NCBI GenBank assembly: GCA_023213395.1 | Contig: CM041465.1 | Span: forward strand, 72,485,741-72,549,740 | Direction of reading: 5' to 3' | Length of the DNA stretch: 64,000 nucleotides | DNA from: Cycas panzhihuaensis | Lineage: Eukaryota; Plantae; Cycadophyta | In this document: piece by piece, positions 1 to 12,118 of the stretch | How positions within the stretch are numbered: position 1 is the stretch's first letter | Layout: every line of letters starts with the position of its first letter | The notes under the pieces: generated by a model | Database searches by the model: none | What the model was told of the DNA's origin: nothing | Seen by the model: only the letters and a program-made list of their open reading frames with translations | Translations under genes and position numbers: made by a program

Positions 1-2130
1 TGGAAGTAAGAGTTTTGGTATAGATGTAGGTTGATAGGGTTATAAGGAATTTTGAGGTGAATGGTGTGATAAAATCCATGATCTAAGAGAGGGTCACTAG
101 GTAAGGGGGAAAAGAAATATTGGTATTTATTGGGAATAAATTAGATATCTGGGTTGACATCAGACTATTTTTGGATATTATTAAGGCAAATAATATATCT
201 TATGCTCTCATTAAGTTACTTGCTCATTTTCTTAGGGGAAATAAGTTTGTTAGGTGGTGATTAGACACTATAAAGTTTATGGGTTTAGCCATAGTGGTCT
301 TTAAACATTATAAATGGGCACTTTAGGGAATTATTAGTACTATAAGTACCTAAAATTTAGAGCCATTGGACACTTAATATGGCATCTAACTCCTTATTAG
401 ATAAAGCATAAAAGTTTGACTTGAGTTGATATGTGCTAATTTGGACTTGGAGGTTTTTAGTAACACCCATATAATGGAGGGAGTAGCGGCCATGAAGAGA
501 ACAATTAAACATTATTTTTTGCTCAATATAGAGGTTTAATTATTGATATATTATAATATCAATGAAATTTAATGATGCACCACCATCTATCAGAATTATA
601 ATGGGGGTTTTCTTTAAGGTCTCTCTTACTCATAATGGGTCAGGGTAGGTAGAAGATGAAATAACATATATGAGTGCTTCAAGTTTAGGGTCATGAGGTG
701 GGGAGGGTTCCAAGTGTGAATCTTCTTCGAGTTCATCTTTATAGTTAAAATTAATTTCAATAGTAAATATGACTCTTTTGGCTTTACATACATGACCATG
801 TCTAAAGAACTATTTTTTCATGTATTATGAGTATTAACTGGCTTCTTTGTATTTATGCACCTCTGATGTGGGTATCCATATTTATGTTGATGGATTTTCT
901 ACTACTAGACATTCAATTAGGCAATCTAGTGATTGTCATAGAGGTTCTTCTCTTTAAAGCCTTAGAGGTCTATATGGTTCTACGAATGTTTGGCAACTAA
1001 TCCATGATGCTTCTCTTTTAACCCAGATGCTCATTCTATTACAAATTCAACTTCAATTATCTTAGTGTAATTGATGCCATCTTAAAGGTTAGGAGGTTGG
1101 TTGGTCTTCAATCTCATTTAGATTTATTCATTAAAACTGACTATGCAAGTTTCATATTGTCTATTTTTCTAGGTGCTAAGTGACTTGAGACTAAATTGCT
1201 TAGAACTCATCTATATAAGCTTTGACCAATATGGTTTGTCTTAATCACATCAATTGACTAAAAAAAGATTGGTTCCATGTCTCTTCATGTTGCTAAAAAG
1301 ACATTAATAGAATTGGTCCTAAATTTGATTTGATGGACACTTGCAGGTCCACTATTGATACTAGTGGTAAGGTTTGCCTTTTAAGTGGATAGAAGAAAAT
1401 TCCAACTAATCAACTTTAGACATGTGATTGAGTGTGAAATAGGAATATAATTTATTGATCTAACTATGAGTTGAATCCTTATTGAGATTTGGTATATTGA
1501 TCTTATAATTAAATGATTATTATCGTGTAAATTGAAGAGGTGGGGTTCCACCTTGAGATGCTCCACCTTATGTAACACTTGAGGAGTTGGAGTTAGATAC
1601 AAAGAAAAAGTTAGATAGTTGATTTTCAAGGTTTGATGATAGCCTAGTTGTATCCTATTTTTGTATGTCCTATATAGTGAGGAACTAAGTTTCCAAACAA
1701 AAAAGGTATTCAAATTGATTCATTATAGAAGGGGTCTTAATGAAGTGGGGACTAGCTAAAAGGATTGTAAGAAATAGGAGAGATAAGTAGAATGGGTGTC
1801 AAAGGAGTAGGGATATATAAAACAAATAGGGAGGGTAAAGAGGGCTAGAGTATGAGGTGTCTATAGGTTGTTGTCCCAAAAAATTAAGAAAATAACCTAG
1901 TACACTTGAACAAGTGCAACGAGCTCGTCAATATGATATAAGTGAGTTATAAGCAAGAAATTGAGATCAATGAAGCCCTCAAGATACCTGTAGGCTATTT
2001 TTCCCTAAAATTGATTATTACAAATGACCTATTGGGCTTTGATCAATATGAGACACTAATTGAAATAAGATGCATAAATTATTAGGGTCATTTTTCTTTT
2101 TGTGATGAGTTTAATGACATAGGTCTTATT
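1..2130 (-). mobile_element. Ty3/Gypsy (chromovirus-like) remnant: leader, gag and aspartic protease; continues beyond the window start
   Basis: Minus-strand translation at ~550-625 gives GDLKENPIIILIDGGASLNFID (protease, cf. ILIDSGASHNFI). There is a gag C-terminal GHVCK motif at ~780-820, a DAILSVQWL motif at ~360-390 and a pre-RT LP..DH motif at ~60-110. Frames are interrupted and the right boundary is approximate. Confidence 0.75.
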
Positions 2131-2199
2131 TAAATACAAGAAGTATTGACAAAGTTACAACTCTTTCTTTTTTATTTTTATTAAGTAGGTTATGAGATT

Positions 2200-2470
2200 G
2201 AACTCAATTAGATTGGAATAGGTTTAGGTGGCTCTAATATGAATAGAACAATATATAGATGTTATTAAAAGTTTGGATAGAAATTCTAATGTTACATGTC
2301 TAGTTATTGATTTTACTAAAAAATTCTTAAGAGATGAACTATCCAATATACTATGATTTAATAGGCTTGATACTTTTCATAAGATCACTCTAATAAATGT
2401 GATGTTATTATTGATTTTCTTAGCAACAAGTCATGGTTATAGATTTGTGGTAGTTATCATTTGCATTGAT
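2200..2470 (+). pseudogene. Possible LINE RNase H-like C-terminal fragment
   Basis: Weak IDFLSNK motif (cf. ADxLAN) at ~2410-2430; highly decayed. Confidence 0.25.
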
Positions 2471-2499
2471 GGAAGTACAATAGACTTAGGATTTTGTAT

Positions 2500-3595
2500 A
2501 GGAGATTTGTATAATAATTGGCTCACAAGTGATGGGGGAACCTACCAAAATTTATCAAGGGAGTGTTTAGCTCTATAGGCCTTATAACAAACTTCTTTAT
2601 CATTATTGTAGTTTAGCCCAATACTTCAAGGCACTACCTATAGAAGAAAAACTATCCCTATAAGGTCTATAGTCATGTAGAAGTGTTCATGTAGATTAGC
2701 TTTTGGGCACTAACCACTAACCTGTGCATCACATAGGGATAAACAATTGATTATTTTCCTATTCTAGGTTGGTGAGTGAGCCTACAACTATCTTTTTATA
2801 TACTTAAATGTACATGGAGGTATATCTCTATGGTTAAGTTCTATGTAAGGCCTAGGTATTAGCATAGTTTACACCTCACTTCACACAATGGTGCATACCC
2901 AATTGTGCTTAGCCAAAAATGATAGATCCCTATGATATCTATAGACCCTCACCAGAGGGTCCATACCTAAACTCTAAGGGAAGGGAGGGTAGACTTATAG
3001 ATCTAGAATGATCTACTTGATTACAACTGACTAATGTGAATAACATAACTAAACAAAAAGAATATGAAAACTACTTATGAGAGTGTTTTGAAAATCACCA
3101 AGGGAAAAAAAAAATCCTTTTCTCATAGTTGTTGAATCTTCCCACTGGATTGTTATACCTAGCTCTAATACCATTTGTTATGATCCTAACTAATAATTCT
3201 TACTTTGAATAGGTGATAAGAAAGCACAAATAAATCTTTTATTACTGTAATAACTTAGATTACATTCAAAATATGAAAGGACATAAGAAAGCTTAAAGGA
3301 TACCAAAAGAGAAAATGTATGCAAGTACAATCTTATAAGAAGAGATTATAAGGGTTTCTTTATAAATGATTGATCTTAAATAGACAAAAGTGGCCATTAT
3401 TCCCTAACATCCCATTGGAGGACCATACAACCTTTAATCCCATTGGTAGAGGTATTTGAGCCACATATACCCATTGATAAATGACATTAACCTATACCAC
3501 CTTAACCATGTAGTTAGATACTTATATGTTGTTTGCCTTAGGATGGTACATAATAATCAAGGTACTCTAATGATTAAAATTCAATAATCTAATAA
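2500..3595 (-). mobile_element. 5' part of a Gypsy element: 5' LTR (~3176-3595), PBS and gag fragment
   Basis: Plus-strand gctctaatacca at 3162-3173 reads TGGTATTAGAGC on the minus strand, next to the LTR end ...TAACA (tgtta at 3176). A gag-like GSALKYW motif lies at ~2610-2640 on the minus strand. Confidence 0.6.
3162..3173 (-). promoter_or_regulatory. Primer-binding site (tRNA-iMet type)
   Basis: TGGTATTAGAGC, one mismatch from the canonical TGGTATCAGAGC, 2 nt from an LTR terminus. Confidence 0.75.
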
Positions 3596-3599
3596 CCAT

Positions 3600-4560
3600 T
3601 TTTAGTGTTTTTTTTTAAATTCTTATTTCATGTATTTGTTTATAATCTTCACTTTTGTGTATAACTTAATAGGTAAAACAAGCAATTCAAGGACATATTA
3701 GAGATTCATTTAGGAATAACCATATAAAAATAAGGGAAAACTCTCTTTGAGAAGATATATTACACCCCATTGCCTTAGAAAATTGTTGCACAAAAGATGG
3801 ATGAAGGTATATTTAGAATCAATTATTTTATAAAGAGGGAAGAAATATCACCAAAGGAATTCAAAGGTAATGAAGGATTAATAATTAAACTTATTGAGCT
3901 TCAGCTAGAATTGTTTGATCTAGACATAAGCCATAACATACAATTATAGCTACTAAATATGTAAACCTATTATGAAATCCATCTATATTCAGATAGAGAA
4001 AAACATAATTTGTATCCTTACACTTAAATAATAGGGCCTTATAATGATTTAATTGTTGGCATAAAGATTATAAGAATACCTTATTATATAACTAGATATT
4101 CTTTAATTATGTAATATATGAGCAATATAAGGATATGTCGAATAAGGATTACTATTGAAGACTTCATCACCTTCAACAAATAAGAATTATATAATAATAC
4201 ACAAAGGAATTCCAAAATTTATAAAGCATTCTATCCAAAATGTTTGATTATTAATTATTATTGGAAACATATCTCAAAGATCTTGGAAGAAGTATTCATT
4301 ATAGATTTAAAACCTTAGGAGTTATAAGACTTTGACAAGTAATGTTAAAAGTTAAAAGTATTGAGGCCAAATTCAATGCAATCCTCTTTAAAAGTGTGAA
4401 TGAACCGAATAGCTCCAAAATGTAACCCTTAATTCAAGAACTTGGAACTATTCAAAAAACATGGGAACCATTAAGAAAAGGGTGTATTTTAGACAACCAT
4501 AATTTGTTGTTCACGTTGGAAACATTGGAAATACTACTATTAAGCCAATCGAAGTCTTCA
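3600..4560 (+). pseudogene. Degenerate retrotransposon gag fragment (probably Copia-type) with zinc-knuckle remnant
   Basis: Lys/Glu-rich coding-like composition and a decayed C.x.x.C.G..G-like knuckle at ~4505-4545. Confidence 0.35.
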
Positions 4561-6849
4561 TCATAAGAAGCATATATTTTTATTTAAGCAATTGACTTTT
4601 AGGGGCATTATAATAGTCATTTTATTACTTCATTATATTTCCATTTTTAGAGATTTTTATGATTTCTATTTTAGGGTTTTAGGATTATGTTTGATTTTTG
4701 TCATTTTATGCACTTTGATCTAATCATTTCCAGCTTGATTTTATATGTTACTCTTCATTTTTTATATTCACACTTATTTTTTACAAGTTTGGTATGAGTA
4801 ACTCATGGATTTTATTGTGGATTCCATCACCATAACTTGAGTGGTTTTATGATTCATTTTTAGGGTTGAATTAGCATTTTTGTCATTTGCTTTTAGGTTC
4901 TTCTCTTCTACCCATTTTATTAACTTATTTGTAATTTGTATGTGATATAACTTACATCTTTTCAAATGATAAATCAAACATTAATTCATACCATTCTTTA
5001 TTGGCAATGGCAGAAAATAAAATATCATATTTTTAGACACATAAATAAACTTCCAATAGTAGATTTACATATATATTATTAGATATAATTTGGCATACCT
5101 ATTGACCCCTCTACGTGTTTAGTGAGCATTCCTTCTTTGGTATTCTTTTCTTGTTGCTTTACATGCTTGTTTATGCTTATTTATTAATGTCACTTTCTTA
5201 CTTAATTAATCATCCATAAATAAAAATATAAAAAATAAAGGGTCTTTCTTGGGATTGGATTAGCATTCAGGATACCTATTTAGATTTCAAATTCATCACA
5301 TTGTTGTGAGTCCTTAAATTGATAGGTTATAGGTCCTTTATATCTAGTTAGGTCATTTTGTTATGTGCACTCAATCAAAATGGCATGTAACTATGCTTAG
5401 GTTTCTATTCTCTATCTTTTTCACCTTTTTTCAAATAGAATTTTTGCCTATACTAGAGGAGAGGCCACTCAAGATTAATAATATTTCATCACTAGTTGAG
5501 TAAGGGTGGTCTTGAGACCAAGGTTAGGATAGCTCTTCATCATGTTTTGAATGGTCTAATAATGGATGATTGTCCCAACTACGTGTGATAGTAAGAATTA
5601 AGTGGATATATTCATCTTATTAAGAGTGTTTTTATTATACCTATTTCACCTTTAGGAGTCAGTAAGAATGATTATAATTGAATGTAGGCACCCTCTAGAT
5701 ATCCCACACTCGTGAATAGGTTATTGCTAGAGAAAGGAGTCCCCATTAACTTACCCATAATAGGGTCAATCATATGGTCTAATTCCTTTTTCATCTCACC
5801 TCTCATTAGTCCTCCATAATTCTTATAGATTGAGTTGATGTAAGTAGTGATGATTAGTCAAGTAGGATAAGATTGGTTAGTAACCTAGGAGGTTATAGTT
5901 TAGGATTAGGTATATAGAACCACATTAGTCTTTGGGGCATTCATACCTTAGAGACTCTCCTAATTTTTTGGGCCTTTTCTTTAATTGCATGTTACTTGTT
6001 CTTTATCTCATTCAGTCTATCTAGAGTTTGATTATTTGTATTTTTCACTTTTTCTTTATATATATATATATATGTCCACCTCACTTATTCACACTATATC
6101 CCTATATTCACGTCTATGAAGATGTGAAATATCTTAAGAGGAAGTCATAAGACTCCTTTCTTTAATTTAGGCCTCTTGCCAGAGGTTCTTAGTTGAGTTG
6201 CACTAGCTACCTCTTTCTCCTAAGGTTCTCATCATTGATGATCATTAAAAAAATTTGCTAGTATAAGCTAATCTTTAACTATTTTTCTTAATCCTTCTTA
6301 GGCATCTATCTTAGGACATCTTCCTTACTAGATGTTATAGGAATCATAAGTATTGCTTATTTATTTATACTAAGATAGATTAGTTAATTCATTTCTTTTA
6401 TTTAAACCCTTCCAGTCTTTTATCCTTTTGCTTCCATTTCATAAGTCATTGCCCTTTGTATGTCCTAATTTTCTCAAAGGCTATGAGGTCTTCCTCTTAT
6501 TGATCTTTTTAAGTTTAGCTCACCTAGTTCTTAATCTATAGAGCCTAATGCTATTGTTGAGTAACCACTTTCATATTGGATCACTAAAAGAATCCTTACT
6601 CAAGTTACAAATTATCCACTAGCCAACCTCAAGTAGCTTTACTTGATAGGATGGAGAACACATGTATATCTCATGTGCTTGGTCTAAGTTTTTAAAACTT
6701 GATTAGTTCCTTATCCTATGTTATTAGATTTACTTAGTCTCGGATCATCCTACCTATTTATAAGTCTCTTACTCAAATGTATTCCTCTAATCAATCCCAA
6801 GTAACTATGGAAAATCCACAACCTACACTTACCCTAAATAAGTCCTTAG

Positions 6850-7474
6850 TATTAGATATGTGACAATAATTACAAGAAGGCTTTAATTTTTTGGACCTTT
6901 ATTGGCATGGTTTCCCTACCAATCTTTCCTCAAGGGGATCCAAGGGGGGTAACAACCCCCCTTAGCTGGGGGGTGTGGGGGGTGTTAGAACCCCCCACGC
7001 AAGTGGGGGTTTGGGGACGATAGCCCTTGAAGGAAAAAGCTTGGGCTCAAAACCTATCAAATTGTAAAGGGAATCTAGGTCATTCATAAAAAAGAACTAG
7101 ATCTAATGGCTATGATTAATGTGCCTTTCTTATAACCCATTTTTAAGGCAATTGTATCACATTATATTGTATGCAAGTGGGCAACTATTGGTTGTTACTA
7201 CTATGAAAAGTTTGTGGCAACTACATGTACAATTTTTTATTCTTGACAAATAAAGATCAATACCTTTCTTGTGTGAATATTTCCCTAGCACTCTGATAAG
7301 GTTTTACCACATTAAATTCTGTGTATTGGGTAATATATATGCTTTATTATGTATGTTAAATAATTTTTGGTTTTAGATACTTACATTTATTTTAGTTTTG
7401 AATCCTTGTTATTGTTGCAAAATAGTTATATCTTGGTGGCTGGTTTTAGTTATTTAGATTGAGTTTTCTCAATA
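6850..7474 (+). repeat. 5' LTR of Copia 6850-12118
   Basis: tattagatatgtgac...ttttctcaata aligns with 11493-12118. Confidence 0.93.
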
Positions 7475-7545
7475 AGTGGCATCATGGCCACTCATATTTT
7501 GTGGCAAGTCTATGAAGGGTTTGGTATTGGTTCATTTTATATCAA

Positions 7546-10500
7546 ATGGTAAAAGTAATGAATGTAAAGTTCAAGGTGGAGAAGTTCAATAAGAAAAATA
7601 ACTTCAAGTCGTGGAAGCTCAAAGTATATGATGTTTTGTTATAGTAGGGATTATACAAAGCCCTGGAAGGCAAGTCGAAGAAACTATTAGGAATAACAGA
7701 TGAAGAATGGGAGGGCATAGATAAAAGAGCCCTTAGCACAATACATCTGTACTTGGCGGATGAAGTTCTATTTAATATTACAGATGAAAAATCAGTAATA
7801 GGATTATGGATAAAGTTAGAAAGCCTATATATAACAAAGTCTGTGACCAATCAAATCTACTTGAAGAGGCAATTATATTCATTACATATAAAGGAAGGTA
7901 CTAAAATTCATAATCATTTAAATATCTTTAATACTCTTATATGTCAGTTTGCTAGTATTGGTGTAAAACTAGAGAATGAAAGTAAGGTAGTAACCTTGTT
8001 ATGTTCATTGCCTAAGTCCTAGGATAATATTGTCACCTTCGTTAGCTTCAATACTATTGATGAGTTAAGACTATGACTCTATCATGAGTGCCTTGATTAT
8101 TGAGGAGATGAGGAGGAGATCTAGTTTAGAAACCTCCACACTAGAAGTTATGGCAGCAAGGGGTAGATCCATAGAGAGAGGATAAAGTTCTAAAGATACA
8201 TCAATATTGAAGTTAAAAGGTAAGAAGGGTAAATTAAGATGTTGGTATTATAATAAGACAGGTCATCTCAAAGAGGATTTCTAGAAGAAGAAGGAGTTCT
8301 AGAAGAAGGAAGACCCTGTCAAGGAGGCAAATCAAGCTAAATTGAGTCAAGGTATAGATAATGATGTCTTTGTTGTATGCATTGTTTCTCATTATCATAA
8401 TGATTAGCTATTAGATATAGATGCTTCTCACCATATATGTCTACACAAGAGTTGGTTTTCTACATACCACCCTCTTGATGGTGGAAATGTTCTCATGGGA
8501 AACGATGTTTCTTATAAAACTATTGGGGTTGGTAGCATTAGAATCAAGATGTTTGATGGTGTATTAAGAACATTAATAGAAGTTAAACAAGTACCTAAAC
8601 TTAAAAGAAATCTAATTTCTTTGGGTGAATTAGATTCTAGTAGTTGCAAGTATATAGGTTATGGAAGAGTTTTGAAAGTGTCAAAGGGTACCTTAATTAT
8701 CATGAAGGATTTGAAGAAAGGAAACCTTTACACTTTGATTAGAAGTATAGAAATCAGTCAAGTAGCTATAGTATTAAAGATAGTAGAAGATCCTACTTGA
8801 TTATGGCACTAAAGGTTACGACACATGAGCTAACTTGAAGTTTTAAGATTTGACATTTTATAAACATTGTGTCTTTGGAAAGTAATGTAGACTTAAATTT
8901 AATATAGAAAGAAAGTCACATAAGTAAAGGTATTCTAAATTATATCCATTTAGATGTATAGGGACTAGCTCCTATGATATCTTATAAAGGAGCTTTATAT
9001 TTTACAACATTCATAGATGACTTCTCTAAGAAGGTGTGGGTCTATTTTTTGAAGAGAAAGTTTGATGTATTCTGTCAATTTAAGTAATTTAAAACTCTAG
9101 TTGAAAAAAGTACAAGCAGGTTAATCAAATACTTATAAATAAATAATAGAGATGAGTTTAATTTTTTGGAATTTAAAAACTATTACAAGGAATTAGGGAT
9201 TGAAAGTCATAAGACCACAAGTTATACTTCACAATAGAATGGCATTATAGAATGCATGAATAAAACTCTTTTAGAGAGAGCAAGGAGTATGCTGAGTAAT
9301 GTAGGCATGGAGCATGTCTTGTGGTCAGAAGAAATTCTAAGAGCTTGCTATCTGGTAAACAAATCACCATCACTTTCAATAGAATATAAAATTCCTGAAG
9401 AGGTATGGGCTGATCATCCATGTGATTATTCAAATTTGAAAATATTTGGTTGTAATGCTTATGCTTTGCTTGATAAAAGTAAGAATACTAAATTAGACCC
9501 AAAATCCAAAAGGTACATCTTTGTTGGGTATGGTGATAAGGATGGAGTTAAGGAATAAAAGTTGTGGAATCCTACTATGTAAAAAATCATCATCAACAGA
9601 GATTTAATGTTTGATGAATCTTCTTTCTAAAATATAAAAATGTAGAAGTTGAAATGAAACAAGAACAAAAAATTAAACATAAGCAAGTTAAGGTTGAAAC
9701 ATAGCCATCTTCAGAAGTAGAAAAGAAGGAAGAGTTTTCTAAAGATGAACCTACAAAAGAAATACAAGAATATATTGACACTCCTCAACCACCTGTAAGA
9801 AAATCTGCATGGGTCATGCATACTCCTAAAAAGTGCATCCTATCTAGTTCTATTGCTTTGATTTCTAATAATAGTGAACCTACATATTATCAAGAAGTAA
9901 TAGATGATGACCATAGTGCAAAGTAGATAAGGGCTATGCATGAAAAAATGGATGCCCTAGAGAAGAATAATTCATGGGACCTAGTAGAACTTCTAGAAAG
10001 TAGGAAAACTATTAGTTACAGATGGGTCTACAAAAGGAAACTAATGTTTATAGGAAAGTTGATAGATACAAAATAAGATTGGTGGAAAAAGGTTTTGCAA
10101 AAAATGTAGGTATAGATTTCCATAAAATCTTCTCACCAGTCGTTAAGCTTATTTTTATTCAGGTTCTATTAGCATTAATGGCTTCACTTGATTTAAAGTT
10201 AGAGAAATTAGATGTTAAAATTATATTACTACATGGAGATTTGGAAGAGGAGAGATATATGGAACAACCAAAAGGTTTTGTATAGGATGGCAAGACATGG
10301 CAAGAATAGACTTATTTGTAGGCTTAGGGAAATCTTTATATAGCCTGAAGTAATCTCCCAAAGAATAGTACAAGAAGTTTGATTCCTTCATGGAGAGCCA
10401 AAATTTTAAAAGAAGTGAGTATAACTATTATGTTTATTTCAAAACTTTAGACAATGGTTTATTCATTATTTTGGTATTATATATTCATGACATATTTATA

Positions 10501-11445
10501 GCAAACAAAAGTATGGCAGAAATCAACAAGTTGAAGGCTTAATTATCTTATACATTTGATATAAAGGATCTTGGGGCAACAAAATAAATCTTAGACATGG
10601 AGATATATAGAGACAAGAAGAATGGTAAGATTTGGTTATCACAATAGAAATATATAGAGAAGATACTAACCAGATTTGGTATGGCAAATATAAAACCTAT
10701 TAATATCATGTTTGCTTCCTATTTTAAGATTTCTTCAAGTTTGAGTCCTAGTTCTAAGGAATAAAGGAATATATATCTCATTTACATTATCCTAGTGCTA
10801 TAGGAAGCTTAATGTATGCCATGGTATGTATAAGACTTATTATTTCACATGCATTCTGTGTGGTTAGTAGATACATGGCAAATCCAGGTAAAGAGCATTA
10901 GGTAGTAGTGAAATAGGTGTTCTAATATTTAAGTGACACAAGTAACTATTACATCACCTTTAGTGGTATAGGTGATTTGATTTGTAGATATGTGGATGTA
11001 AATTTTGCAGGAGACTTAGATAAAAGAAGGTCAACTTCAAGTTATGTGTTTACTATTACAAATGATCCAATTAGTTGGATGTCTAAACTTCAAAGTTCAA
11101 TTGCTTTGTCCACTATAGAAGCCAAGTATATTACTATAGCACATGCTTATAAAGAGGCAGTTTGGTTGCAAGGTCTATTGGGTGAGCTTCAAAGGATATA
11201 GGATAAGGTAAAGGTATTTCGTGATAGTCAAAGTACTATTTACTTAGCTAAGAATCTAGTTTATCATAATAGAATAAAGCACATTGCAGTCAAATATCAT
11301 TTTGTGAGATAAGTTGTTGAAGCAAATGGAGTAGCCCTTGAAAAAGTTAATACTCATCAAAATTATTCAAATATATTCATTAAACCAGTACTATTAGAGA
11401 AGCTTAAATGGAGTGTGTCTTCTCTTGGCTTGCAAAAAAGATGAT
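7546..11445 (+). pseudogene. Copia gag-pol pseudogene
   Basis: ORF fragments: KVEKFNKKNNFKSWKLK and LLCSLPKS (gag), MNKTLLERARSML (integrase), RYKIRLVEKGF and LHGDLEEERYMEQPKGF (RT), YVDVNFAGDLDKRRST (RNase H). Many stops and frameshifts. Confidence 0.95.
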
Positions 11446-11492
11446 GAATGATTCAAGAAAGATATCCAAAAAGATATTGTCAAGGTGGAGAT

Positions 11493-12118
11493 TGTTAGAT
11501 ATGTGATAACAATTATAAGAAGGCTTTAATTTTTTGGACCTTTATTAGCACGGTTTCCCCACCAATCTTTCCTTAGGGGGATCTAAGGGTGGCAATAGCC
11601 TTCCTTTGCTAGGGGGTGTTAGAAATCCCTCTACAAGTGGGGGTTTAGGGGCAATAGCCCCTAAAGCAAGAAGCTTAGGCTCAAAACCTATCAAATTATA
11701 AAGGGAATCTAGGTCATTCAAAAAAAGACCTAGATCTAATGGCTACAATTATTGTACTTTTCTTGTAACCCATTTTTAGCGTAATTGTATCACATTATAT
11801 TATATTGCATTGTATTACGAATGGGTAGTTGTTGGTTATTATTGCTGTAAAAATTCTGTGGTAACTACATGTATAATATTTCATTCTTAACTAATAAAGA
11901 TTGATACCCTTCTTATGTGGGTGTTTCCCTAGCACTCTGTTAGGATTTTACCACATTAAAATCTATGTATTAGGTAATGAATATGCTTTCTTATATATGT
12001 TAAATAATCTTTGGTTTTAGATACTTACATTTATTATAGTTTTAAATCCTTGTTATCGTTGTAAAATAGTTAGATCTTGGTGGCTAGTTTTGGTTATTTA
12101 GACCAAGTTTTCTCAACA
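11493..12118 (+). repeat. 3' LTR of Copia 6850-12118
   Basis: TGttagat...tctcaaCA, preceded by the PPT. Confidence 0.93.

Larger units (their letters stand above)
6850..12118 (+). mobile_element. Full-length Ty1/Copia LTR retrotransposon (Tnt1/Tork-like), decayed
   Basis: Paired LTRs 6850-7474 and 11493-12118. TSD cttag (6845-6849) / tttag (12119-12123). PBS-like tggcatcatggcc at 7477 and PPT caaggtggagat at 11481-11492. Domain order is gag-PR-INT-RT-RH. Confidence 0.95.

Noticed and set aside
7542-7850. Antisense ORFs over gag-pol or LINE regions (also 9245, 9593, 33328, 49393, 55871, 58139)
   Set aside because: They are shadow ORFs opposite recognisable retroelement coding frames, with no independent motifs.
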